Below are positions 1 to 10,327 of a stretch of 64,000 bases of DNA, piece after piece. The stretch is from NCBI GenBank assembly GCA_040220235.1, contig JAVJTO010000157.1; one strand, written 5' to 3'. Every line of letters begins with the position of its first letter. Position 1 is the stretch's first letter. The notes below the pieces were generated by a model. The model saw only the letters and a list, made by a program, of their open reading frames with translations. It was not told where the DNA came from and searched no databases. A program made the translations under genes and the position numbers. This DNA is from Coleofasciculus sp. B1-GNL1-01 (GTDB taxonomy: Bacteria > Cyanobacteriota > Cyanobacteriia > Cyanobacteriales > Coleofasciculaceae).

Positions 1-119
1 CAGTAGGTATCCGTACCATCTAGGGCAATACTCCCCAAACCAATCGTACCCGCCACAATGAGTTCGGCGGCGATGGGAGAGTTCCAGGAACCGTAGGGAG
101 AGATTTGCGGTTGAGTCAT
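1..119 (-). CDS. S9 family peptidase, 5' part only (runs off window start)
   Basis: Manual translation from ATG at 119: MTQPQISPYGSWNSPIAAELIVAGTIGLG..., matching the 'apYGsW.SPi' N-terminus of S9 dipeptidyl aminopeptidase/acylaminoacyl peptidases. Confidence 0.75.
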   Translation of the reverse strand, partial: MTQPQISPYGSWNSPIAAELIVAGTIGLGSIALDGTDTY

Positions 120-653
120 CGTTAATTCGATTATGCCGTCGTTCGTTAATTTTACCGACTTCACATACTTCACGACACGATCACTTAGAGTATTACGCAG
201 ATTATGATTATATTGGTAAGGCAGGTTTTTGGGGAATTAGCGACGTTTCCGTTAACTCTCCTCAATTCAAGGATTTTAAGTACCATCCCCAAATTAGGTA
301 AATATACCTAGCATAACACTCGATTTATGAAGCTTTGATGAAGTCAAGGGCTTTTTGTATAAAGATTCAGTAAAGATACGGAAAATCTCTTTCCAAAAAA
401 ATAAATTAGCGATAAAGTTACAGACAAGAAAGGAGTTAGTAGCTATCTCGATGTAGAGAGTGGGTGGACGTTTAAATAGTTAGTGCTTGATCCAATTAAT
501 GGAAGCCACTGATACCAACATTTGTAGGTATCGAGGTAATCAAACCCTATCTTTGACCGCCTGCTTTATTAAGATTCTGTAATTTTATCTAGGCTCATAC
601 TAACTCACTTTGTTAACTTGTGTCAACTTTAGCCGAATTTGGAGATATATAGT

Positions 654-1367
654 ATGAACCGTCAAAGTGCATTCGCCGTTGCCTGTGCCGTTAGCGCTAC
701 CACAGTGTTGGGAGTTGTGGCAAGTCCAGCTGGGGCACTTACGCTAGGAGAACCCATTATTGTTGGAGAGAAGAAGTTTACCTTCACTGAGTGCTTTATT
801 GTTCGTGGTGGTAATCAAAATGTCAGTCCTGGCAGTTGTGATGATATTGGCATATTACCAATTTTAGGAGAGCATCAAGGTATCTCAATTCGATCTCCCT
901 TTATTGCTTTTGATGATTCCTCTATCGATGTTTCATTGGAATACATTTTAGAAAAGGCAGACCCAGATTCCGATAGTTTGTTCACCGATGCCAAACTATT
1001 TTTTAATGGGGCATTTACCGGTCCTGGACTCACAAACGTGACTGAAACTTTCTTTGATGCTGATACGGATGAAGTTATTGGACAATTTGGAGTAACCAAT
1101 CCTCCACCAGACTTAATGGACCCTCCCCTAGAAACAGTATTTCCTTTTGGAGGAGATGTACCCTTCAGCAAACACGTAGCAAAAGTTAAAGTTAAGAAAG
1201 ATATCGGACTGGTAGCCTTTGAGGGCGCCCAAGCAAATATTTCGATTATCGATCAAACCTTCAAGCACAAAGACGTACCCGAACCTGGTACAGTGACTGG
1301 CTTACTCGCCATCGGTTCCTTAAGCGTCGGCGCAATGTTGAAGCGGCACTTTGGCAAGAAAGCCTAA
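654..1367 (+). CDS. PEP-CTERM sorting-domain exported protein
   Basis: Signal peptide ending ASPAGA; C-terminal VPEP + hydrophobic helix + basic tail (VPEPGTVTGLLAIGSLSVGAMLKRHFGKKA); GGAGA upstream of ATG 654. Confidence 0.9.
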   Translation: MNRQSAFAVACAVSATTVLGVVASPAGALTLGEPIIVGEKKFTFTECFIVRGGNQNVSPGSCDDIGILPILGEHQGISIRSPFIAFDDSSIDVSLEYILEKADPDSDSLFTDAKLFFNGAFTGPGLTNVTETFFDADTDEVIGQFGVTNPPPDLMDPPLETVFPFGGDVPFSKHVAKVKVKKDIGLVAFEGAQANISIIDQTFKHKDVPEPGTVTGLLAIGSLSVGAMLKRHFGKKA

Positions 1368-1498
1368 ACTGAATATCTAGGCTACACGCACCAAATCTAA
1401 TCATTCAGTAGCTGAAACAGTAGCTGAAATTTTGCCGCCGTCAACCACCCAGTTGGTAGGGCGGATTTTTCTTGGCTGTCAATGTTTTGGCAACATCT

Positions 1499-1759
1499 GT
1501 AGGGGCGACCCGCTGTATTAAAATAGGAGAACCAACCTATCAATTTGATCGGGTCGCCCGACCCATGATACCGTCAATTCAAGACTAATAATCTTGGGGT
1601 TGCCCCTGAAAAAAATTCACACAGGCAACCCATTCATCTTATCGCGGGAACCCGGCATCAAGTATCAAAAATAATTGAACACCATCTAGATTTAGACTAG
1701 GGCGAGTCGAGACAGGTTAATTGTCACACCTCAATAGTTGCTCAGCGACTCGCCCCTAC
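1499..1759. repeat. Cluster of GTAG-type REP-like inverted repeats
   Basis: GTAGGGGCGACCC...GGGTCGCCC; GGGTTGCC...GGCAACCC; TAGGGCGAGTCG...CGACTCGCCCCTAC. Confidence 0.65.
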
Positions 1760-1867
1760 AACCGCGAACCCGATAATTCCCACAACCGCGATCGCGTCTT
1801 GGATCGGGTTATGGTTGAAAAGGTGAACTTCGCCAAATCCTCCCAGCCCGATCGCCAATCACTCTTG

Positions 1868-3445
1868 ATGGATATTAATCAGTTACTCCTCTGGATTGTC
1901 TGCACCTCCTGCATTCTGAACATTATCGTCGGAATTCGCCGTGCTAGTATTTCGGATTCAGCCGTGTATATCCGTAGCTGGATGCTTGTTTCTGGTTTAG
2001 TATTAGCCACAACAGGTGTCTTATATGTCCTCACTCCAGAGAATGCAGGCTGGATTGGTGGGGGGTTATGGGGGTTGTTGATCTTAATGCCGATTCTGGG
2101 GTTTAGACTCATGAATCAACTGGCATATCAGGAACGCTTTGGTGCAGCTAGCCGACTGGGTAAACTCCTGTGTTGGCTACACCCCGCCCAAAATTGGCGT
2201 CAATTTGCTGAATTGTTGGACACCCTGGAACAATTGAAGCAGGGTTCAACTACTGAAGCCACGGCGATTATTAACCGCTACAAAACCACCAATCGTCCTC
2301 TGGTGCGACATACCATTGCCACTCTCTATAAAATGGAGGCACGTTGGCAAGAGTTGCGGGAGTGGATTGAAACCAACGTATCACAGACCGCCCTGGAACA
2401 TGATCCCAGTCTAATCCTGTACTACCTGAGAGCGTTGGCAGAGATGGGGGACTTAAATCATTTGCTCACCCAAGTTGATCGATTTGAACGTATCTTAGAA
2501 CGGAGCGATCGCGGCATCAATCAGAGTCAAGCTTATTTATTTGCCTTTGCCTTTTGCGGTCAAAAAGCCCAGGTCGTACAATTACTCACTGGACCTTTAG
2601 CATTTTATCCAAAGTACATTCGCCAATTTTGGCTGGCTACAGCAGATTGGGCGGCGGGAGACGTAGAGGAAGCACGTCAGCAACTGTCGGCTATTTCTAA
2701 CCGCCATACTGGACTCTACCGCCATGCGATTCAAGCTCGTTTATCCCAGTCACCTGTTAACCCTGATGCTGTTTTGACTCCATATTCTCAGCAGATTTTA
2801 GCGCGACTTACACTCAATCTCCAACATCAGATGCGATACGGTTCCAGAGAACGGTTTCTAGGTTCTAGAGCCTATACAACTTGGGCAATTATTGGATTAA
2901 ACCTGATTGTATTTGGATTGGAAATTCACTTTGGTGGAAGTGAAAATCCGCAAGTTTTATACAAACTTGGAGCCTTAGTACCAGAGGAAGTTCTCGACGG
3001 TGCTTGGTGGCGGTTATTAACCTCAACATTTTTGCACTTTGGATTTCTGCATCTATTAATGAATATGCTGGGTCTGTATATCCTTGGACCCTTTGTCGAA
3101 TATGCGCTCTCTGGGTGGCGATATTTGCTGCTTTACCTCAGTTGTGGTGTTGGTTCGATGTTTGTGGTATCTCTAGCCACTCATTTCGGATATTCTGAGG
3201 CACAATTTGTGGTTGGGGCATCCGGTTCCGTGATGGGGATTGTGGGCGCAACTGCAGCTATTTTACTTCAAGGATGGCGGCGCGAAAAATCGCGTTTAGC
3301 CTCTCGTCGTTTACGGTTTATTTTATTTATTATTGCCTTTCAAGTTATCTTTGACTTATCAATTCCTCAAGTCAGTGTCACGGGTCACACATCAGGCTTA
3401 ATTATCGGTTTTTTGGTTGGGAGTATACTAAGTCATAAATCATAA
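1868..3445 (+). CDS. Rhomboid intramembrane serine protease with N-terminal TM and TPR-like region
   Basis: WWRLLTSTFLH, HLLMNM, catalytic GASG and GHTSG motifs; start placed at MDINQLL (ORF track starts at 1721 inside a REP). Confidence 0.9.
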   Translation: MDINQLLLWIVCTSCILNIIVGIRRASISDSAVYIRSWMLVSGLVLATTGVLYVLTPENAGWIGGGLWGLLILMPILGFRLMNQLAYQERFGAASRLGKLLCWLHPAQNWRQFAELLDTLEQLKQGSTTEATAIINRYKTTNRPLVRHTIATLYKMEARWQELREWIETNVSQTALEHDPSLILYYLRALAEMGDLNHLLTQVDRFERILERSDRGINQSQAYLFAFAFCGQKAQVVQLLTGPLAFYPKYIRQFWLATADWAAGDVEEARQQLSAISNRHTGLYRHAIQARLSQSPVNPDAVLTPYSQQILARLTLNLQHQMRYGSRERFLGSRAYTTWAIIGLNLIVFGLEIHFGGSENPQVLYKLGALVPEEVLDGAWWRLLTSTFLHFGFLHLLMNMLGLYILGPFVEYALSGWRYLLLYLSCGVGSMFVVSLATHFGYSEAQFVVGASGSVMGIVGATAAILLQGWRREKSRLASRRLRFILFIIAFQVIFDLSIPQVSVTGHTSGLIIGFLVGSILSHKS

Positions 3446-3476
3446 ACATGCCCTCGAAGGTGATGAAGGGTCAATT

Positions 3477-3543
3477 GTAGGGGCGGGTTTAGCCACTCGA
3501 ACAAGCTTGTTACCAATAACTGACCAACAAAACCCGCCCTTAC
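3477..3543. repeat. GTAGGGGCGGGTTT...AAACCCGCCC REP pair; further copies at 4423..4482, 5365..5668, 16760..16823, 39184..39247
   Basis: The same inverted repeat recurs in several intergenic regions, usually just after a stop codon. Confidence 0.8.
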
Positions 3544-3622
3544 TCAAATCTTGCGCTACTCCCCCAGCCACCAAGCTAAAATCAAACAACGACTTTCATC
3601 TCGTGGGGCGCAACTAAGTTTG

Positions 3623-4411
3623 ATGAAATTGCTGATCAGCAACGATGACGGAATTTTTGCCTTGGGGATTCGCACCTTGGCTGATACACTGGCACAAGCG
3701 GGTCATGATGTTACCGTCGTTTGTCCAGATCGAGAGCGATCGGCAACGGGTCACGGTTTAACCCTCCATGATCCCATTCGCGCCGAAGCAGTTGATACGA
3801 TTTTTCACCCGGCGGTTAAAGCTTGGTCTTGTTCTGGAACTCCCTCCGATTGTGTAAAGTTAGCATTGGGAGCCTTAATTGATAGTCCTCCCGATTTTGT
3901 CCTATCTGGGATTAACCACGGTTCTAACTTAGGAACTGATATCCTTTACTCTGGCACGGTTTCCGCCGCCATGGAAGGGGTTTTAGAAGGAATTCCCAGT
4001 ATTGCCTTCAGTCTGACTAGCTACACGTCAAAGGAGTTTCATGTTGCAGCCACGTTCGCCAAAAGCCTGATTGAGCGACTCTCTGGTACACCCCTAGCCA
4101 AAGTCATGTTACTTAATGTTAATGTACCGCCTGTGAGTCAGGCGGAAATTGCTGGGGTTAAGGTTACCCGCCAAGGAATTCGTCGTTATTTCGACACCTT
4201 TGAGAAACGAGTTGATCCACGGGGTAAAACCTATTATTGGTTAGCGGGTGAAGTGATTGAAGATATAGAACAACCCCCCCATTCCCATCTTCCCCCCGAT
4301 TTAGCTACCGATGTTCAAGCAATTAAGGAAAACTATATTGCCATTACCCCCCTGCAATACAACCTGACGGATATTGCTGGCGTCTCTAGTTTGCAGAGTA
4401 TAGAGTTTTAA
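3623..4411 (+). CDS. surE: 5'/3'-nucleotidase SurE
   Basis: [45 protein letters not shown]. Confidence 0.97.
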   Translation: MKLLISNDDGIFALGIRTLADTLAQAGHDVTVVCPDRERSATGHGLTLHDPIRAEAVDTIFHPAVKAWSCSGTPSDCVKLALGALIDSPPDFVLSGINHGSNLGTDILYSGTVSAAMEGVLEGIPSIAFSLTSYTSKEFHVAATFAKSLIERLSGTPLAKVMLLNVNVPPVSQAEIAGVKVTRQGIRRYFDTFEKRVDPRGKTYYWLAGEVIEDIEQPPHSHLPPDLATDVQAIKENYIAITPLQYNLTDIAGVSSLQSIEF

Positions 4412-4504
4412 GTCATTTAGACAGGGCGGGTTTAGTGACATTAGAGTGGGCAAAAAACGATAGTAGTAAAACCCGCCCCTACATATAAAACTCTTTTCTA
4501 GCTA

Positions 4505-4715
4505 GGGCTTGCTGCACAACTCCCAAACCCTTAGCTATCAAGGCTTTGAGTGGTATTGATATTTGCTCCTGTTCAAGGAAAAAGGGTTAAACCCTTTTAT
4601 ACCCTTGCACCGCTATCAGGGAAAATGTACTATGGCTCCCCCAGCTCCCCCAGCTCCCCCCGCTTCCCCTGCTTCCCCTGCTCCCTACCCCCACCACAAT
4701 TTATTCAGCAAGCCC
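4505..4715. mobile_element. MITE with imperfect terminal inverted repeats, TA on both sides
   Basis: Ends GGGCTTGCTGCACAA and TTATTCAGCAAGCCC; internal 9-mer C-rich repeats; a similar single end follows argB near 24083. Confidence 0.7.
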
Positions 4716-4719
4716 TAAT

Positions 4720-4947
4720 TTATTGGGGCGTTTTCTGCAACTCCGGTCGCTCTTCCGGAACGATCGCGCCTTCTACAGGACAGACCTGTAAACATATACC
4801 ACAATCGATGCAGGTATCGAAATCAATCCAATACCAGTCTGTCCCCTTGACATTTTTGCCGGGACCTGGGTGAATGCAAGCAACTGGACAAGCATCGACG
4901 CAATCTGCAACCCCTTCGCAGGTTTCCGTAACAATAGTGTGAGACAC
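4720..4947 (-). CDS. Bacterial-type [3Fe-4S][4Fe-4S] ferredoxin (Fed8/Ssr3184-like)
   Basis: [12 protein letters not shown] and [12 protein letters not shown] cluster motifs in 75 aa. Confidence 0.9.
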   Translation of the reverse strand: MSHTIVTETCEGVADCVDACPVACIHPGPGKNVKGTDWYWIDFDTCIDCGICLQVCPVEGAIVPEERPELQKTPQ

Positions 4948-5052
4948 GCTATTCCCTCTCGTAGTTACATGACATTGAGAGATGATCCCCCATGGGTTTT
5001 ATGTTACTGCATTATCGGCAAGGAATCCATGTATCTCAACACCAATCAACGA

Positions 5053-5244
5053 TTATAGTGTGCCGTTTATTGCTCCACCTTTTCCCCGACAATTCGCCAA
5101 ATAGGAATGAATAAGACTTGCTTCGGGTGTATCTTTGACTTCTCGACGAGTTTTGATCAGGAAGCCACCAATGACATAAGCCGCAAATAAGAGTGCGATT
5201 CCGATGACAACCTGAAGCACGATATTACTAGGGCGTTTTTTCAT
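5053..5244 (-). CDS. Small hypothetical single-TM protein
   Basis: 63 aa, basic N-terminus followed by one hydrophobic helix. Confidence 0.5.
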   Translation of the reverse strand: MKKRPSNIVLQVVIGIALLFAAYVIGGFLIKTRREVKDTPEASLIHSYLANCRGKGGAINGTL

Positions 5245-5396
5245 AGCCGATTAAGTTTGAACATCTTTTGCAGGGGTTTCCTGTTGATAAGAAGTCAGTA
5301 GAAACGTTCCGCCAGAACGTCTGTATCAAGCATGTCCTCTTGTCGCAATGAAGGAGCAATTTTCGGGGCGGGTTTATCGGTTTAATTCGGTATCTA

Positions 5397-5637
5397 AGCG
5401 GTTCGGCATTTAAACCTTAATGTCAATCATGGCTCTCATCCTTGTAGTGCGTTTAGCGAAGCCATGCCGCAGGCTTTAGCGAAGCCATGCCGCAGGCTTT
5501 GCATCTTGCTCGCTACTAATATCCAATTTACAGCGCTTTTCACGTTTATGGAATACAAAATTGTATCGGCTTGCTTGTCAGCGCAATCATCGTCTGTAGT
5601 CTACTAACTTGAAAACTGCTGTAAATGCATGACAGCT
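5397..5637. mobile_element. TA-flanked MITE (family A) carrying a nested 91-bp MITE at 5531..5621
   Basis: Ends AGCGGTTCGGCATTTAAA and ...AATGCATGACAGCT; homologous copies at 16859, 17034, ~44270, 46831; inner element CAGCGCTTTTCA...TGAAAACTGCTG with duplicated TA. Confidence 0.75.
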
Positions 5638-6056
5638 TACCGATCACCTCTCAACCAAACCCAGCCCTGCTTCCAGACGTGTCATGGAACGCCTGCCCCC
5701 ACCATATCGCTCGATCTATTGGCGTCTGGCTGTAACTGGGTGCAGAATGATTGAAGGGCAATCCTCAACTCAGCCAGCAGAAGTCCCTCTGGTCATGGGG
5801 TGAGGAGGGCAGAAGGATGAGACAATAGAGGTAATAGTGCATGACAAAGCATATAAAACAAATAATAACTCAGACAGATAAATTTATCTAAAATTGAGAT
5901 TGGTCTAAACTAACTGAAAACGGAAGCGTTTTTCAACGTTCACCGATATCGCTGCGCTTATTTGTTTTAAATCTCCCGACTGAAACAGTCAACCAGACGT
6001 GCATGAGCGTGCGTCTGACAGCCAGAGCAAAAAGTAGCTGCTCAACAGCGAATACT

Positions 6057-8660
6057 ATGACACTGTCTAATGCCGGTAGCGTTCTTGCTACATTGACCCA
6101 GTTAACCCAACTCAATCGCACGAGCGTTTTAACTCATCGAGTTAAAGACCTATCCCTTCCCGAATTTATCTGCTTACTGGACTTCATCACCGCCGAATTT
6201 CAGCAATTTCTGCGGGCGCTGGAAATGATTAACCATGAAGCGCTAGAAACCATGCTGGAGCAGGTGATGGAGGCGTTTACCCTAAAAATCGGTCAACTCC
6301 TACAAGCTGAGCGTACTACTATCTTCCTCGTTGATGGTGACAAAGACCAGCTTTGGGCAAAAATTCCCTCGGGTGAGGACAACGCCGCCAAGGAGGTTCG
6401 CATTCCCCTAAATGTGGGTTTAGCGGGTCATGTGGCGACGACAGGCGAATCACTCAATATCACCGAAGCCTATAACCATCCACTGTTTAATCCTGAAGTT
6501 GACGAATCTCCGGGCTATCATACCAATTCACTCTTGTGTATGCCCATTGTCAGTAGCAATAAAAAGATTGTCGCTGTCGTGCAGTTGTTGAATAAAGCGG
6601 GGGGTGTCCCGTTTGACGAAGAAGATGAACAGCGCTTCCGTGACTTTGCCGCCTCGATTGGCATTATCCTGGAAACCTGTCAATCGTTCTATATGGCAGC
6701 CCGTAACCAACGTGGTGCAGCCGCCCTCTTGAAGGCAACCCAGTACCTGGGTCAAAGTTTAGACCTAGAAGCCACACTGCGTCTAGTTATGGATCAAGCG
6801 CGGGAGTTAATGCAAGCCGACCGCTCTACCTTATTTATGCTCAGTAAAGATGATGGGGAACTGTGGAGTAAGGTCGCCACGGCTGATGGCAAAGAGATGG
6901 TGGAAATCCGAATCTCAGCCAATCGGGGAATTGCTGGATATGTAGCGTCTACGGGTCAACCGTTGAATATTGCCGATGCCTATAAAGATCCTCGCTTTGA
7001 TCCAACGACGGACAAAAAAACAGGCTATGTCACCCGTAATATTCTCTGTATGCCTGTCTTCAATTCGGGTGGCGAATTAATTGGTGTGACTCAATTGATT
7101 AATAAGAATCAAGGCAGCTTCACTACCTCCGACGAAGAGTTTATGCGGGCATTTAATATTCAAGCGGGAATTGCTCTAGAGAATGCCAAACTTTTTGAAA
7201 ATGTTCTGATCGAAAAGCAATATCAAAAAGATATCTTGCAAAGCCTTTCTGATGCGGTTATTTCTACCGATATGCAGGGACGAATTGTGACAATTAATGA
7301 TGCGGCGTTAGGATTACTGGGATGTCCCTTACAACAACTCGACAATCGCAACCGTCAGTTGTGGGAAGAAAAACTTACCAATCGCTATGTCTGGGATGTT
7401 GTACCCATTGAACATCTGCAATTCCGCTTACAAGACAGCCTAACTACGGGGGCGAAGCATTACCTTCCTGAACAAAATTTAATGGTTGGTCTGTTCCAAT
7501 GTCCCCTGGAAGAGATAGAAATACCCAATACTCCCCCCTATTGCCAATCCCATGATGATACTCATCTTTATCTCCTAGCTATTCCCAAAAGCGATGACCC
7601 AAAAATCTATAGTTTGTGGAATGAAGATTCTGATAATTCTGGGGGTTTAGGTTACCTGTCTAAACAGCAAGTTCAACCTATTGAACGGAGTATTAATTTA
7701 ACAGTTAATCCGCTAACCAATCCCCAAGGAATGGTGCGAGGGGGTCTGGTTGTATTAGAAGATATTAGTCGAGAAAAGCGGCTGAAAACAACCATGTATC
7801 GCTACATGACTCCAGAGGTGGCGGATGAAGTCTTAGCCTTAGGTGAAGATGCGCTGATGCAGGGGAGTAAAAAGGATGTCACTATTTTATTTTCAGATAT
7901 TCGGGGGTATACGACTTTAACCGAAAATTTGGGAGCGTCGGAAGTTGTATCGCTACTGAATAAATACTTTGAAACAATGGTCGAATCGGTATTTGAGCAT
8001 AAAGGCACCTTAGATAAATTTATTGGTGATGCACTGATGGCAGTTTTTGGCGCTCCCTTGGCGTTAAAAGAAAATCATGGCTGGATGGCGGTTCAATCTG
8101 CCTTAGATATGCGGTGGCGTTTAGCCAAGTTTAATGAACCTCGGATGCGAAATCGCCAACCTTTAATTCATATTGGGATTGGAATTAGTTCGGGAGAAGT
8201 GGTGTCAGGTAATATTGGTTCCCATAAACGCATGGACTACACGGTTATCGGAGATGGCGTGAACCTCAGCGCCCGCCTGGAAAGTATTACGAAAGAGTAC
8301 GGTTGCGATATTATCATTAGTGAATATACCTATAACCTCTGTCGTCATAATGTTTGGGTGCGGGAACTGGATAAAATCCGCGTGAAGGGGAAAAACCAAG
8401 CGGTCAGCATTTATCATTTGATTCAAGATATCGATACCCCTCTTAATGATAACACCCACAAATTTTTAGACCTGTATGCTAAAGGGCGTCAGGCATACAT
8501 AAGTCGCGACTTCTCGAAGGCAATTGTTTATTTTGAACAAGCCTATCAACTTGAACCTAATGATAAGCCAGTTTTGATTCATATTGAACGGGCTAAACAT
8601 TATCAGAATAATCCTCCTCCCGATTATTGGGATGGCGTTCATACGATGACTAGAAAATAG
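6057..8660 (+). CDS. cyaB1: Class III adenylate cyclase, GAF-GAF-PAS-CYC-TPR (CyaB1 type)
   Basis: Two GAF domains with NKxxFxxDE motifs; catalytic SDIRGYT, DKFIGDA, DYTVIGDGVNLSARLE; C-terminal TPR; N-terminus MTLSNAGSVLA resembles Anabaena CyaB1. Confidence 0.9.
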   Translation: MTLSNAGSVLATLTQLTQLNRTSVLTHRVKDLSLPEFICLLDFITAEFQQFLRALEMINHEALETMLEQVMEAFTLKIGQLLQAERTTIFLVDGDKDQLWAKIPSGEDNAAKEVRIPLNVGLAGHVATTGESLNITEAYNHPLFNPEVDESPGYHTNSLLCMPIVSSNKKIVAVVQLLNKAGGVPFDEEDEQRFRDFAASIGIILETCQSFYMAARNQRGAAALLKATQYLGQSLDLEATLRLVMDQARELMQADRSTLFMLSKDDGELWSKVATADGKEMVEIRISANRGIAGYVASTGQPLNIADAYKDPRFDPTTDKKTGYVTRNILCMPVFNSGGELIGVTQLINKNQGSFTTSDEEFMRAFNIQAGIALENAKLFENVLIEKQYQKDILQSLSDAVISTDMQGRIVTINDAALGLLGCPLQQLDNRNRQLWEEKLTNRYVWDVVPIEHLQFRLQDSLTTGAKHYLPEQNLMVGLFQCPLEEIEIPNTPPYCQSHDDTHLYLLAIPKSDDPKIYSLWNEDSDNSGGLGYLSKQQVQPIERSINLTVNPLTNPQGMVRGGLVVLEDISREKRLKTTMYRYMTPEVADEVLALGEDALMQGSKKDVTILFSDIRGYTTLTENLGASEVVSLLNKYFETMVESVFEHKGTLDKFIGDALMAVFGAPLALKENHGWMAVQSALDMRWRLAKFNEPRMRNRQPLIHIGIGISSGEVVSGNIGSHKRMDYTVIGDGVNLSARLESITKEYGCDIIISEYTYNLCRHNVWVRELDKIRVKGKNQAVSIYHLIQDIDTPLNDNTHKFLDLYAKGRQAYISRDFSKAIVYFEQAYQLEPNDKPVLIHIERAKHYQNNPPPDYWDGVHTMTRK

Positions 8661-8755
8661 GGGACAGGCACAAGTTTGGATTCTTTGATGTTAATCGACT
8701 ACAGAACATTCTACTTACAGCAGATTTGGTGGTTGATGAAGTATAGCCTTAAGCA

Positions 8756-8788
8756 AGATCCCCGACTTCTTGAAGAAGTCGGGGATCT
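8756..8788. terminator. Perfect palindromic hairpin repeat between convergent genes; degenerate copy at ~63665..63697
   Basis: AGATCCCCGACTTCTT-G-AAGAAGTCGGGGATCT. Confidence 0.6.
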
Positions 8789-8838
8789 GTCTTACTTTTG
8801 GTCGGGATCTGAAAAACCTCTCTCCAAACCTCTCTCCT

Positions 8839-9486
8839 TCAAGGAGAGAGGCTTTGAACTCTCCCCCTTTTGAAGGGAAGAGGGGGATCTAAAAGGGAAG
8901 GGGGCTGGGGGATTAGGTTTGATATCGATTTTTCTAGATGACGTGAAAAGTCAGGGGGATCTGTCTCGATTTCTGTGATCAATAATTGCCACTCGATAAC
9001 TAAAGATTTGGGAATAGTTAAGGAGAGGGGTTGTCCATGATTGAGGGGTATGGAAAGGGTCAGGGATTCATCCGCTTGTAATTTGGCAAAAACATCGGTA
9101 ACATCGTACTGACCAACATTAGGCGCAGGCGCGGCTTGGGCAAATACATCAGGGGCGGTGAGCAGTTTACCCCCTGCTGTGGCAATTTCCAGGAATTGGG
9201 GATGGGTAAACTCAGCCATACCCGGAAAGCCGACTAACCGCAGATTCAGGCGCGTTGGTTGACCTGGTATGATTTTTTTGAATAGAACTACCTGCCAAGT
9301 TCGTCCTGATTTATCTTTCAACGACTCCTGGGAGTGATAGCGCATGATTCCCGGCGCGTCTTGGTGTTGTCGCAGTACAGCGATGGCTGGCGGAGTCAGG
9401 AATGTGGCTTGGAATAGGAGTAATATCATGAGGAATCTACCAAGCGTTAGAAGCCAAGAAAAGCATTGCTGAATAGGATTAACCAT
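8839..9486 (-). CDS. DUF3122 family protein (C-terminus extends into a repeat element)
   Basis: SLKDKSGRTWQVVLFK, LRLVGFPG, PAPNVGQYD are typical of DUF3122; last ~25 aa are encoded by a CCCCTTCCC-type repeat. Confidence 0.75.
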   Translation of the reverse strand: MVNPIQQCFSWLLTLGRFLMILLLFQATFLTPPAIAVLRQHQDAPGIMRYHSQESLKDKSGRTWQVVLFKKIIPGQPTRLNLRLVGFPGMAEFTHPQFLEIATAGGKLLTAPDVFAQAAPAPNVGQYDVTDVFAKLQADESLTLSIPLNHGQPLSLTIPKSLVIEWQLLITEIETDPPDFSRHLEKSISNLIPQPPSLLDPPLPFKRGRVQSLSP

Positions 9487-9715
9487 AAGTACTCGATATC
9501 AAGCTAACTCAAGGATGTTTGTATATTTCCCCAGAAGGCTTCGCCCATTCGTTACCCCCGCCAGAAACAAATATCAATAATACCAAGGATAGATGTGTCG
9601 GGGTGACCTGCTCACCTAAATTAACAATTCAAATTCATTAAATTTTATCGGGTCGCCCTTTATTCTCGCTAATATGGGATATCTTATTTAAATTGTGCCA
9701 TAGGAGAAATTCATC

Positions 9716-10051
9716 ATGACCAGTCAAATTCCCAGCCAATCATCGTTTTCATTGCAATTGCGCGATCGCATAGAATATCCTGAAGGAGGTGTGGTGAGTA
9801 AAGTTATCCATAAAGATGACCAGTGTGACCACACGTTGTTCTGTCTGGCGGCGGACACGAGCATTTCTGAACATACGTCACCTCGTAACGCTACGATTAA
9901 TGTGATTGAAGGAAAGGGAATCTTTACTTTGGAGGGTAAGGAGATTGAATTGGAACCAGGCGTTTTTATTTCAATGGAGGCGAATGCGCCCCATGCTTTA
10001 AAGGCGGAACAAAATCTGGCGTTTCTGTTAACGCTATGGAAAAATGATTAG
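9716..10051 (+). CDS. Cupin domain protein
   Basis: EHTSP...VIEGKG...PG...MEANAPHAL; AGGAGA ribosome-binding site. Confidence 0.88.
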   Translation: MTSQIPSQSSFSLQLRDRIEYPEGGVVSKVIHKDDQCDHTLFCLAADTSISEHTSPRNATINVIEGKGIFTLEGKEIELEPGVFISMEANAPHALKAEQNLAFLLTLWKND

Positions 10052-10327
10052 TGTGGAAATGCAGGGGTGCGATCGCGTATCATTATCTTTATATCAATGG
10101 CGCTGAAAAATTGCCTTTTTGGATCGCTAAAACCCTTGATATACTTACTGTAGGGTGGGTTTCGACTTCGCAAGAGCCCACCAGCCTTAATGAGCGTGAC
10201 ATTCATCTTTTTGTCCAAAGTCCAATCTATGTCCCCAATCCCCAATTAACCCCAATATGATACATCCCCTAAGCGAAACGGGAATACTTTAGTATAGCCG
10301 TCACGCTAATCCCGCTTTTGCCCAAGG

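Noticed and set aside
4550..4873. 107-aa plus-strand ORF
   Set aside because: Made of MITE sequence plus the antisense strand of the ferredoxin gene.
8676..8873. 65-aa ORF
   Set aside because: Runs through two known palindromic repeats; no protein-like features.
10048..10260. Two opposing short ORFs after the cupin gene
   Set aside because: Overlap a REP-like element and have no recognisable motif.
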